Made by a program: the position numbers and the translations under genes. The notes below the pieces were generated by a model. That model had not been told where the DNA came from and searched no databases. It was given only the letters and a program-made list of their open reading frames with translations. A stretch of DNA of 64,000 nt from IMG/VR virus record IMGVR_UViG_3300035498_000371, positions 32,001 to 96,000 of that record, one strand, 5' to 3'. The stretch is from a virus (lineage: Duplodnaviria; Caudoviricetes). Of the stretch, positions 51,109 through 60,597 are shown piece by piece. Every line of letters starts with the position of its first letter. Positions within the stretch are counted from its first letter, which is position 1.

Positions 51109-52813
51109 TATTGTGTCTGAGGATAAAGTAAGAAGTGTCCAGCGCGATACTCTTAACGTAATATCTAATGCGCTTGTAAAATCATTTGGTCCTAATGGTT
51201 CCACTACAGGAATCATTAAAAATATGGACAAGAACGGAATTAATATTGCTGTAGAGCATACAAAAGATGGTTATACTATTATGAGCAATATTCAGTTCTT
51301 AAATCCTATTGAAAGATCAGTTCAGGATCTTCTTACTGATTTGACTCGCTATGTGGTTAAGGAAGTTGGAGATGGAACTACATCTGCTGTAGTATTATGT
51401 AATGCTGTATTTGAGCAGTTATGCAATAATGCAAGTATTGCAAATTGTCCAGCGGCAGATACAATCTATAAGTTTACTGAAGTTATATCTAAGGTAAAGG
51501 AAGAGATTAATAAGATGGGAAGAGAGTGCACTGTAGATGATATCTATGAGATAGCTCTCATATCTACAAATAACAATGAAGAAATTGCTGGTATTATAAG
51601 AGAAATCTATAAGAAGTACGATATGAATGTCTTCATTGATGTAGGCACCTCAAATCAGGTCTTTAATGTAGTTAAGGAATATGACGGAATGACTCTCGAT
51701 ACAGGATTTGCTAATGTATGCATGGTAAATGATGCTGAAAAGAATACTGCTTCTGTCAGAAATCCAAGAATCTACTGCTTTAATGACCCTATTGATACAC
51801 CAGAGATGCTCACATTACTTGATACAATCTTATACAGCAACATTATGCGCTGCTATGAGAGAGGTTCTGTGTATGAACCTGTACCTACAGTAATCTTCTG
51901 TAAGCAGATATCTCCAGATACAAGTTCTTATTTTGAGTCTGTAGTAAAATTGATGAGTGCTGTTCCTAATGTACCACTGCTTATTGTAAGTGATATTCAT
52001 CAGCACTACATTTATGAAGATATCGCTCAGATGTGTGGGGCAAAATTCATTAAGAAATATCTTAATCCAGATCTTCAGCAGAAAGATATCGATGCAGGAT
52101 TAGCACCAACTACAGAAACAATTCTTGAATTTTGTGGTTCGGCAGAGTTGGTTGTTGCCGATGAATACAAAACTAAGATTATCCGTCCTAAAGCAATGTA
52201 CAATGAGGATGGTACTTATTCAGATGCTTACAATACTCAGCTTAAATATCTTGAAGCTCAGATTAATAAAGCTACAAATGAAGATGCAGGGGTAATGGAA
52301 ATACAAAAAGCAAAGAGAAGGTATAACTCCTTTAAAGGAAATATGGTTGATCTGTTAATTGGTGGTATTGCACTATCAGACAGAAATAACCTTAAAGCAT
52401 CTGTAGATGATGCTGTGCTGAATTGTAGATCTGCGGCTATTAATGGTGTTGGTTATGGGGCTAACTATATGGCATTCTCAGTATTACATAAAATGAAAGA
52501 TGAATCCACTGCTGAAAATGGCAAGAATAATGTCTTCGTCGATATTTTATGTGATGCTTATGATAAGCTTGTTTCTATCTTATACAACAAGACTGGAGAG
52601 GCTGAAAAGAAAGAGCTTATAGACAAGCTTCTTGAAAATAAATGCCCTCTTAATATAAGAACCAATGAGTATGATCAGAAAGTTCTTTCATCTATCAAAA
52701 CAGATACAAGTATTCTTGACACTATTAACAGAATTCTGATGCTCATGTTTACGAGCAATCAGTATCTTGTACAGACACCAATGCACAATATCTATTCTGC
52801 AGATGAACGTTGA
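51086..52813 (+). CDS. groEL: Phage chaperonin (GroEL-like)
   Basis: SFGPNG, TKDGYT, VGDGTTS, DDAV; no GroES gene in the window. Confidence 0.92.
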   Translation: MTTMIQSNIVSEDKVRSVQRDTLNVISNALVKSFGPNGSTTGIIKNMDKNGINIAVEHTKDGYTIMSNIQFLNPIERSVQDLLTDLTRYVVKEVGDGTTSAVVLCNAVFEQLCNNASIANCPAADTIYKFTEVISKVKEEINKMGRECTVDDIYEIALISTNNNEEIAGIIREIYKKYDMNVFIDVGTSNQVFNVVKEYDGMTLDTGFANVCMVNDAEKNTASVRNPRIYCFNDPIDTPEMLTLLDTILYSNIMRCYERGSVYEPVPTVIFCKQISPDTSSYFESVVKLMSAVPNVPLLIVSDIHQHYIYEDIAQMCGAKFIKKYLNPDLQQKDIDAGLAPTTETILEFCGSAELVVADEYKTKIIRPKAMYNEDGTYSDAYNTQLKYLEAQINKATNEDAGVMEIQKAKRRYNSFKGNMVDLLIGGIALSDRNNLKASVDDAVLNCRSAAINGVGYGANYMAFSVLHKMKDESTAENGKNNVFVDILCDAYDKLVSILYNKTGEAEKKELIDKLLENKCPLNIRTNEYDQKVLSSIKTDTSILDTINRILMLMFTSNQYLVQTPMHNIYSADER

Positions 52814-52879
52814 TATCAAAATATGGGGTTGGTTAGTTCCAACCCCAGATAAATTATACTATGGAAGGAAGTGAGATCC

Positions 52880-53680
52880 ATGGCTAAAGATGGTATAAGT
52901 TTTGATAAATACATTGATAACCCTTCTGGTGGAACCTCAGTAATAACTAACAGAAAGATGTATAAAGATTTATATACTTCAAAGTTTGACAAAATATTGC
53001 TGAGAGAAAATGGTAAAATAGATTTTAAAGTCTATAAGGATAATAAGAGCAAAGATGATTCATTCTATATCCATATTAAAGTTCCATCAGAGGTAATAGC
53101 GAAATTCTATTATGATGTAGTTATTCATCTTAGCACCGTTGAAACGACCAAAAAAGCTAGCACAAATCTAAGACAATATCAGGTCAAATTTTTCTCAAAT
53201 GACCCAGCATTCGTGTACACATTCGCACATGCCTTTAGCGAACATCATATCTTTGTAGAGGATCTTAAACCTCGTATGAGTAAAGTTGCGCTCAAATCAT
53301 TAGCGAAAACTAAGAATCCTACTAATCAAATCTTCTATGTAAAGTCATTATACTTTGCATATCTTACAATGGAAAAGTATAGCCTATTTAATAGAATAAA
53401 CCTTAATGGTCTGGCAGAACCATACGACAAGAAAATTCTATTGAATAATATCACAAACGCAGATATAAAGATTAAAGAGCGTCAAGATGCTCAAGAAAAA
53501 CTAGATAAGGAGGAAAGAGATAGAAAGCGTAAAGAAGCTGCAGAGAAAGATAGAAATAGAAATATTAATCATAAGACAAGCTCTAGCAAAATCTCAAAGA
53601 TTACAAATGTTTCTAAAACATCTAAAATCTCTAAGGTTTCAAATACTACCAGGAAAACGAAGATTGTAGGTAAGTCCTAA
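52880..53680 (+). CDS. Hypothetical protein with basic low-complexity tail
   Basis: Long ORF; tail repeats SKISK(I/V)(T/S)N. Confidence 0.75.
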   Translation: MAKDGISFDKYIDNPSGGTSVITNRKMYKDLYTSKFDKILLRENGKIDFKVYKDNKSKDDSFYIHIKVPSEVIAKFYYDVVIHLSTVETTKKASTNLRQYQVKFFSNDPAFVYTFAHAFSEHHIFVEDLKPRMSKVALKSLAKTKNPTNQIFYVKSLYFAYLTMEKYSLFNRINLNGLAEPYDKKILLNNITNADIKIKERQDAQEKLDKEERDRKRKEAAEKDRNRNINHKTSSSKISKITNVSKTSKISKVSNTTRKTKIVGKS

Positions 53681-53737
53681 AATCTATTTTCGTTGTATAT
53701 TATTATAAGGAAGAATAGTAAAAGGAGGCAGTTTATT

Positions 53738-54700
53738 ATGATAATGTGTCACGTAGTTGACAGGCAGAATATAATACCTGTCGATGAATGGGGTATGGAT
53801 AAGTATCCTATACTAGAGCAAGATGTAATATTTAAGAATATCAAAGGCGAGATAATTTTGCCAATAGCAGAATTCTTTGGTGCAGATACTGAGGAATCAA
53901 AGCAGTTGGATTATTTTGCTATGAACACTAAACGTTCATATAATTCTGATAAGACGAGAGAGCATATTTGCCAATATATGAATTACTTTGAAAAATTTTA
54001 TGACTACGATAAAGAATTATTAATGATTATCTATGACATAAAGTTTTCTATTGACTATATGAGAAACTATTCCGTAGACAATTTTATGGATGACATCAAT
54101 CGACTTATCATTAGAAACAGTTCCATTACTAGAAAAATAACCCACTTTGTTGACGATAACTATAATATGAAGTTATCCAACAATGGTGGCAGAACCCCTA
54201 ATCTTCAGTTCAATAATTCACACGCAAAGATATTATATGAGATATCTATGATGATGAATATGTACATACCGTTAGCTACGCACTATATGTATATGCATAT
54301 GGTAAAGCAGATAAAGCAATCTACAGACGTGCAGGACTTTATGTTGCAGCTATTTGATATGTGCATTGCGAAGTATGAGGAAGAACAGCAGATTTATATT
54401 TACGATAAGATTTATGAGACAGCATTGTCTGTTGTAAATAAGTCTAAGAATCCCGACAAAAAATTATGGGATAAGAACTTTATCAGAGGTAACAATCCGA
54501 CGACGCACACTAAAGATTCGGTAGTAGATGTAATCTTACAGATTATGCCGAAGTATACTTATGATAATAATATCATAAACTTCAATTACTTTTCTAATAG
54601 AAAGTCGTTACAGTATAAAATCACTGATATAGCATATGAGTTTTCATTTACACGTCTTTCATCATCTGAAAGAGATGCAGATCAGAACTCAGAGTACGAT
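53738..54700 (+). CDS. Probable sigma-like promoter-specificity subunit of the non-virion RNAP, exon 1
   Basis: Exon status is clear. Identity is inferred from size, helical character and position two genes from the chaperonin, as for AR9 gp226 versus gp228. Confidence 0.5.
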
Positions 54701-55922
54701 CAAACTGGTCGCCATATAATGGTAACATTGTGTGGAAAAGCTTCTTAATTGCTGGGAAAGGCTAAAGCTCAGGAGCTCGTATATACGAGAATCGAAAGAT
54801 AGAAATAAAGTACTGAGATGGGTCATGGTGAAATAAAAGCTTTATATACAACGCTTCAGTATATAAAGTCCTAAAACCTGTATAATGTTTAATCAGCAGC
54901 GAAGTATTAATAATTATGATGATTGCATTTAGGAGGTGATTATATGATACTGCCTGAATGTAGATTGCAATATGAATACAGACGAAATATACCAATTGAA
55001 TTATTTCCTGAAATTAGAGATGTTTATATTGTAAGCAATTATGGATATATTTATAATTTAGAAACAGGAAATTATTTACCGCAAGCTACTTATTTTGATA
55101 ATAATGATTACGTTTCTGTGCATTTATCTAAGCGCAATGGTGGATTTTATAGCACGTCAATGCATAGAGTTATTTTAATGACTTTTAATTATATTGATGG
55201 TTGTGAAAATCTTGACGTTAATCATAAAGACGGAATAAAATATCATAATTGGCTTTGGAATCTTGAATGGACGACTCATAAAGAAAACATGAATCATGCA
55301 TTCTCAAATAATTTAATATCTTATGGCGAAGATAGAAATAATTCTGTATTAAATAACTATCAAATTCGTGAAATATGTAAGTTAATAGAAGCAGGATATT
55401 CGACTAAAGATATATGTGAAAAGCTAAAATATGATAATTGTAATTTGCGTAGAATAATATGTAATATTAAATCTGGTTTGAGTTGGAGCTTTATATCATC
55501 TGAATATGATTTCAGTAATGCATATAAAAATACTCCATTACTTAATAATGATCAAATACATTTCATTTGTTCATATTATCAGAATAATGGTAAAAACAGT
55601 ATAATAGCAAAAGATCTATTATCGCTTATTGGTATAGATATGAATCTAATGAACGATAAAGAAAAATTGTGCTATGAGACCTGTATATCAAGTATAAAAC
55701 ATAAGAAAAATTTTAAAGAAATTTGCAATCAGTATGATTATTAATAAACGTTCAACGACTATATATGTAGCGCCCAAGTGGGTCTGGCGCACTCAATAAG
55801 TCCAGGTAAGTCGAAATGGAAGCATATCCCTATGGGATAGTGATATAGTCTTCACTTATAGGTAACACCTATAGAAGTTCATAAGAGAACTGCGAGAACT
55901 AACGAATCTCGTGAAAATTTGG
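54701..55922 (+). ncRNA. Group I intron (1222 nt)
   Basis: 5' site TACGAT|C with IGS GGTCG; P AATTGCTGGGAA, Q AATCAGCAGC, R GTTCAACGACTA, S GATATAGTC; 3' site TTTGG|AAG; in-frame join SEYD-KYEA. Confidence 0.9.
54944..55744 (+). CDS. Intron-encoded HNH homing endonuclease
   Basis: YIVSNYG, MHRVIL, VNHKDGIKYHNWLWNLEWTTHKENMNH; two C-terminal helical repeats; RBS aggagg. Confidence 0.9.
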   Translation: MILPECRLQYEYRRNIPIELFPEIRDVYIVSNYGYIYNLETGNYLPQATYFDNNDYVSVHLSKRNGGFYSTSMHRVILMTFNYIDGCENLDVNHKDGIKYHNWLWNLEWTTHKENMNHAFSNNLISYGEDRNNSVLNNYQIREICKLIEAGYSTKDICEKLKYDNCNLRRIICNIKSGLSWSFISSEYDFSNAYKNTPLLNNDQIHFICSYYQNNGKNSIIAKDLLSLIGIDMNLMNDKEKLCYETCISSIKHKKNFKEICNQYDY

Positions 55923-56531
55923 AAGTACGAAGCTAGGCTCAATAAAAGAGACGAGGCTCTGGCATTACAGAATAAAGTAGCAGCAGAACAGGCTGCTCTT
56001 AAGATAGAAGCCTTATATGGTCCATTCTCTGATGAAGAGGTAGAGCATTACAAGAAAGTGCTCACTCGTGATGGATCGCAAATAATAAATAAGCTAACCA
56101 ATCAGTTAGTAGGATATGCATTTTACAGAGAAATGGGTGATCCGATTACTTGGAAGAATATTCCTAGTTCTACTGATTATATTAAGCTTATGATTGCAGC
56201 GAAGAGAAAATACCTTGAGATGGGTATGGTGATATTGCCTCACATTATGTCATCCAAGGTAATAAGATTGTCATCAAGAAAGGTTGTTAGCAAAAATAAT
56301 GCTATCGAAATCAAGAATGCTGCTCTTTATGAAGAGTTTAGGATGAAATATAATAATCCGAAAATACAGCAAATTTGGTTTGAACTTCTCGGGACAATCA
56401 AATCTTCTTCGTTTGAAATAATTGATTGGGATAGTACAAATAACGCTCCATCGGCAATAGATGGAAAGCCACTTCCTATGGTAGATGATATGATTGACGA
56501 GGAAATGTTAGTCTTCGCTATCAGAATTTAA
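55923..56531 (+). CDS. Probable sigma-like subunit, exon 2
   Basis: In-frame continuation after the intron terminal G. Confidence 0.5.
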   Translation, partial: KYEARLNKRDEALALQNKVAAEQAALKIEALYGPFSDEEVEHYKKVLTRDGSQIINKLTNQLVGYAFYREMGDPITWKNIPSSTDYIKLMIAAKRKYLEMGMVILPHIMSSKVIRLSSRKVVSKNNAIEIKNAALYEEFRMKYNNPKIQQIWFELLGTIKSSSFEIIDWDSTNNAPSAIDGKPLPMVDDMIDEEMLVFAIRI

Positions 56532-56544
56532 GGGAGGGAATTGT

Positions 56545-56805
56545 ATGGAAAATTCAGAAGCAATGATTGCTGATAAATTACTTAGAATGCAGCTACATAA
56601 TGCTAGGAAAGCTAGGGGACTTAGCCAGCAAGATGTATCTAATCTGAGTGGTTTGTCAGTATCATGTATATCTAATATAGAATCGGGAGAGGATTCATCG
56701 CCAACTTTACGCAGTCTAATCAAGTATTGTTCTGCGCTAGGCATAGAGATGTATATTGGTATGGATACTGGAAAGTCTAAAGAAGACCAAACGGTAGCAA
56801 CATAG
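56545..56805 (+). CDS. XRE-family helix-turn-helix protein
   Basis: LHNARKARGLSQQDVSNLSGLSVSCISNIESG...PTLRSL. Confidence 0.88.
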   Translation: MENSEAMIADKLLRMQLHNARKARGLSQQDVSNLSGLSVSCISNIESGEDSSPTLRSLIKYCSALGIEMYIGMDTGKSKEDQTVAT

Positions 56806-56945
56806 TTGTAAGTTGGCAAAACTTTTCTGATAATTGGTTATACAGATAATGTGGAGTGCTTAAATGCACTCCGCATTATTTACCAATTTTTATTTTTTAT
56901 TACACATCGAAATAATATATTATAATCATGAAAGGTGGTGAGATT

Positions 56946-58007
56946 ATGTACCATTTGCTTGGAAGAGATTTTATAAATATGATAAAAACAATATATCCAC
57001 AAGCTAAAACTGCAGCTGGAAGTACTGAAGTTATAGTAAGGTGCCCGTTTTGTGGAGATTCTAAAATACAATCTCATGCTCATATGTATATATCAGTTCC
57101 AGTAACTGTAAATGATCTATCGTTTTATGATTGTAAAAAATGCCCTGCTCATGGTGTAGTAGACGATGAATTCTTACGTAAGATTGGTTGTTTAGATACT
57201 AATGTTTTAGTAGCAATCTCTAAGCATAATTCTGATGTTATGAAATTACCAAAGTATAAGACTTTGAAAAGTATAGATATTTATCCATTGAAACAAACTG
57301 CTATAACTGATAATAAGTTTACTAGAATTAAGCTTGATTATATAAATAAGCGTATCGGTGCTAATTTCACTTTTGGGCATCTGATATCGTTGAAGATATT
57401 CTTAAATCTATATGATGTGGTTGGTCAGAATAGATTACAGCTTACAAGAGATCAAGAAATATGTAATCAGTTGAGTAACAGCTTCATTGGATTTATATCT
57501 TATGATAATTCATTTGCTACAATGAGAAGAGTGTTTAATAAGAACCTTATTAAGAGTATAGATAAAAGATATATCAATTATCATCTTGTAGAGAAGCTAG
57601 ATGATGGAAAGAATTTCTATGTTATCCCTACAAGTATAAACTTCTTAAATATGGAAAGAATAAAGATTCATATTACTGAAGGAGTATTTGATATATTATC
57701 TGTATTCTATAATATAAATGCTTGCAATACTAATCAGAATATTTATATTGCAAGTGGAGGAAAATCTTATAAGCAAGCGTTACAATTTGTATTGACTGAA
57801 TTTGGTATTATTAATTATGAGATTCATCTCTATCCAGATAATGATGTAGGCGATGATGAATTGAATAAATTGGTTTTATACAGTATTCAGATATTACCAA
57901 GTAATATTTATATTCATAGAAATATCATGGAAGGCGAAAAAGATTTCGGAGTTCCAATGGATAGAATAAAAGAATCTACAAGAATGATAGGTGATTTATA
58001 TGGATGA
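56946..58007 (+). CDS. DNA primase (DnaG/T4 gp61-like)
   Basis: Zn finger RCPFCGDS..H...CKKC; TOPRIM ITEGVFDILS and YPDND. Confidence 0.85.
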   Translation: MYHLLGRDFINMIKTIYPQAKTAAGSTEVIVRCPFCGDSKIQSHAHMYISVPVTVNDLSFYDCKKCPAHGVVDDEFLRKIGCLDTNVLVAISKHNSDVMKLPKYKTLKSIDIYPLKQTAITDNKFTRIKLDYINKRIGANFTFGHLISLKIFLNLYDVVGQNRLQLTRDQEICNQLSNSFIGFISYDNSFATMRRVFNKNLIKSIDKRYINYHLVEKLDDGKNFYVIPTSINFLNMERIKIHITEGVFDILSVFYNINACNTNQNIYIASGGKSYKQALQFVLTEFGIINYEIHLYPDNDVGDDELNKLVLYSIQILPSNIYIHRNIMEGEKDFGVPMDRIKESTRMIGDLYG

Positions 58008-58371
58008 TAATATGAAAAAGAACCAAGAGTTCTATCAGATTATATCTAGAATAGATTTAGGTAACAAAACATTGCGTGATTATTTTGAAGAGTCCCACGA
58101 TCACTATTTTGGGGAGGCTGGAGCACCCACAGAATTAAGTGAGCGAAAAATTAAGCGAGACCTGGTCAACTCCATTCGACACAATAATTCTTTCGATTAT
58201 GACGCAGGAATACGTGAAGTTCATCGATTAGATAGAAAAAATCGTGCAGATAATTATAAGCTTTACAAGAATATAATTCTAGATAAAATCGCAACTAAAT
58301 ATCCTTTCTTATCTGCAGAATGTAGAAATCAGAAACTACGAGTCGACATGGTAAAGAAAGTAAGTAAATGA
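58000..58371 (+). CDS. Hypothetical protein
   Basis: Overlaps the primase stop; C-terminal RVDMVKKVSK motif. Confidence 0.7.
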   Translation: MDDNMKKNQEFYQIISRIDLGNKTLRDYFEESHDHYFGEAGAPTELSERKIKRDLVNSIRHNNSFDYDAGIREVHRLDRKNRADNYKLYKNIILDKIATKYPFLSAECRNQKLRVDMVKKVSK

Positions 58372-58458
58372 GGGTGATTTTATATCACCCTCTATAATTT
58401 TTTGTGATTGTATATAATAATTTTGTACTAGAAATATAAAATGGAGGTTTATAAATAC

Positions 58459-59094
58459 ATGGAAGAAAATAATAACAAATCAAGACAGATCTACAATTAC
58501 TTTACTAAATCATATAGGGAAAAGTTTGCTCACATTATTAATCATAATGATGTACGGCATACTTCATGTTATTGCTCAGAGTGTCATAATCATCTGGGAG
58601 ATTTTACTTACGAATCAACATATTTTGCTCATTTAGAGTCTAGAAATATTCCCACGGCAGTATTAGAAGACATAATGCCACCAGTCCCAGGGCCATATGT
58701 GTTTGAAGCAGAATGTAAGGTATGCGGTAAGACCACTACGCATTATACTGTAGATTATGGTTTAGGTCCAACTATACAAAAATTAAATAAATTGGGATTC
58801 GCAACAATATTCTGCTGTGAAGGGCATGATTATTCATTCAATACAGGATTTGATAGTCCGTATATAGCATTCATTAAAGATTATAGTGAGTATTTTAACA
58901 TGGATGATTTCTTACTTAGATATTGGACTATTGAATTCAATGAATATGATTATTCGCCATGTAAAATGATTCTTAGGATTTCCGATGAAGCACCGATGAG
59001 ATATGTAACCGACAATATATTTATTAAAGATCTTAATAAATATATTAATAAGGTATTAAGTAAGAAGGTTGGTGATAAAGAAAATGATGTTTGA
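58459..59094 (+). CDS. Hypothetical Zn-binding protein
   Basis: CSEC, CKVC, LNKLGFATIFCCEGH. Confidence 0.7.
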   Translation: MEENNNKSRQIYNYFTKSYREKFAHIINHNDVRHTSCYCSECHNHLGDFTYESTYFAHLESRNIPTAVLEDIMPPVPGPYVFEAECKVCGKTTTHYTVDYGLGPTIQKLNKLGFATIFCCEGHDYSFNTGFDSPYIAFIKDYSEYFNMDDFLLRYWTIEFNEYDYSPCKMILRISDEAPMRYVTDNIFIKDLNKYINKVLSKKVGDKENDV

Positions 59095-59608
59095 TATGTT
59101 TAGCGGGATGACTGCGCCATATAAAATTACAGCAGATAGAAGCAAGAGGCTTAAATTTAGGCTATATCTTGATACCAATTTTGTTATTATTAATGATAAT
59201 TATACGTGTTCAGCCACATTGTACGATAGAAACACTAATAAAATTATTGGTACAATTTATGATAGCTCAGATAAATACTCAAATAAGCATTTCAAGAGTT
59301 TTATGTATGAGCTTCTTGCAATAGAATCGGTTAATGTAGAATCTAAAGTAAGATTTGTACAAGCATTATTTATCTTAGATCCGTATTGCTATAGAAAAAC
59401 TAAATATGAATTATATGATTATTTGGTGAACGTCTTAAATGAATTATGCAGAGAAGCCATTTATACAGGGATTAATCCCTATGCCACATTTGATGAAGCA
59501 ATTATATTGAATAAAGCAGTAGAGGAATATTATAAGATGTCTAGGCATTGGCCTTGCGATGATTCAGATATGATGGATAATGATGCAATAGATCACAATT
59601 GTACATAA
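59084..59608 (+). CDS. Hypothetical protein
   Basis: ORF overlapping the upstream stop. Confidence 0.65.
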   Translation: MMFDMFSGMTAPYKITADRSKRLKFRLYLDTNFVIINDNYTCSATLYDRNTNKIIGTIYDSSDKYSNKHFKSFMYELLAIESVNVESKVRFVQALFILDPYCYRKTKYELYDYLVNVLNELCREAIYTGINPYATFDEAIILNKAVEEYYKMSRHWPCDDSDMMDNDAIDHNCT

Positions 59609-59719
59609 ATTTTAGGGTGGTTTAATAGCCACCCTACCATATGTAATTCTACAATTTTTTATCGGTATATTATAGTCTTAGTAAGTAGTAGAAAAATTAA
59701 ATATGGGAGGTACGGTTTT

Positions 59720-60214
59720 ATGGCAGCAGTAGCACAATTAAAACAAGAACGTTTAAATGGTTGCATTATATGCAGGGAGAAGCAAGGTAATAGGTTTCAG
59801 AGAACCCAGTATAATTGCGGATATAGTATTATTAAAGATTCTGGAGTTATAATGGTGCGTGACGATGTAGAAAAGATTAACCGATATGAGTTATATGAGA
59901 GAAATATCGAATGTACTTACTTATTTATGATCGTCTATGGCGTAATAAGAAATTGCGCATTTAGCGCAGAAGAGAAACGTTGGTTCATTGAGGAGCTTGA
60001 TAAGATAGAGTTAAAAATTCCTGGATTTGTATCGGATTCAACAGGCGAATTATTAGCAGAAGCAATATCTACTATATTCGCTAAGAAGAATAGGATATCA
60101 ATAGAGGATTATAGGCTCTATAAATATTGCAAATCTTTGATCAGCGGGGTGTATAATAAACATCCACAGTACGACATTGAAGCAAAAATAAAAACTAAAG
60201 TGGAGGTATACTAA
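59720..60214 (+). CDS. Hypothetical protein (164 aa)
   Basis: RBS gggagg; TATATTAT at 59666..59673. Confidence 0.7.
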   Translation: MAAVAQLKQERLNGCIICREKQGNRFQRTQYNCGYSIIKDSGVIMVRDDVEKINRYELYERNIECTYLFMIVYGVIRNCAFSAEEKRWFIEELDKIELKIPGFVSDSTGELLAEAISTIFAKKNRISIEDYRLYKYCKSLISGVYNKHPQYDIEAKIKTKVEVY

Positions 60215-60215
60215 A

Positions 60216-60482
60216 ATGAAATCAGTACTGGTAAACTGCGATGTCGATGAGGCTATCAATTTTATTTCCAAATTTATTCCAAATGAGAGAGACAGAATGG
60301 AAATTCTTGGAATACGTAATTACAGAATCCTGATGGGAGATATGTTTTACGATTTTGTGAATTCAAACACAAATAAGAATTTACATATGGATCGTCAGGA
60401 AAGTGTTAAGGGAGGCAAAGTAAGATTAATACTTCATACTCCTAATACCCATTACAGTTTCGTATGTGTTTGTGATCATTAG
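60216..60482 (+). CDS. Hypothetical protein (88 aa)
   Basis: RBS ggagg. Confidence 0.65.
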   Translation: MKSVLVNCDVDEAINFISKFIPNERDRMEILGIRNYRILMGDMFYDFVNSNTNKNLHMDRQESVKGGKVRLILHTPNTHYSFVCVCDH

Positions 60483-60489
60483 TACCATG

Positions 60490-60513
60490 CCGGAGTGGAG
60501 AAATCCACTCCGG
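60490..60513 (+). terminator. Intrinsic terminator
   Basis: ccggagtgga-gaaa-tccactccgg followed by ttatttt. Confidence 0.75.
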
Positions 60514-60597
60514 TTATTTTATCGTATTATTTTTTCTCTATGCTGCTTATTTCGCAACATTTGAGTAAAATATGACTTCAGAAAGGAGGTAAGAATA

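Noticed and set aside
52333-52362. KGNMVDLLI in the chaperonin as a tag instance
   Set aside because: It falls in a conserved GroEL structural strand, so it is probably coincidental.
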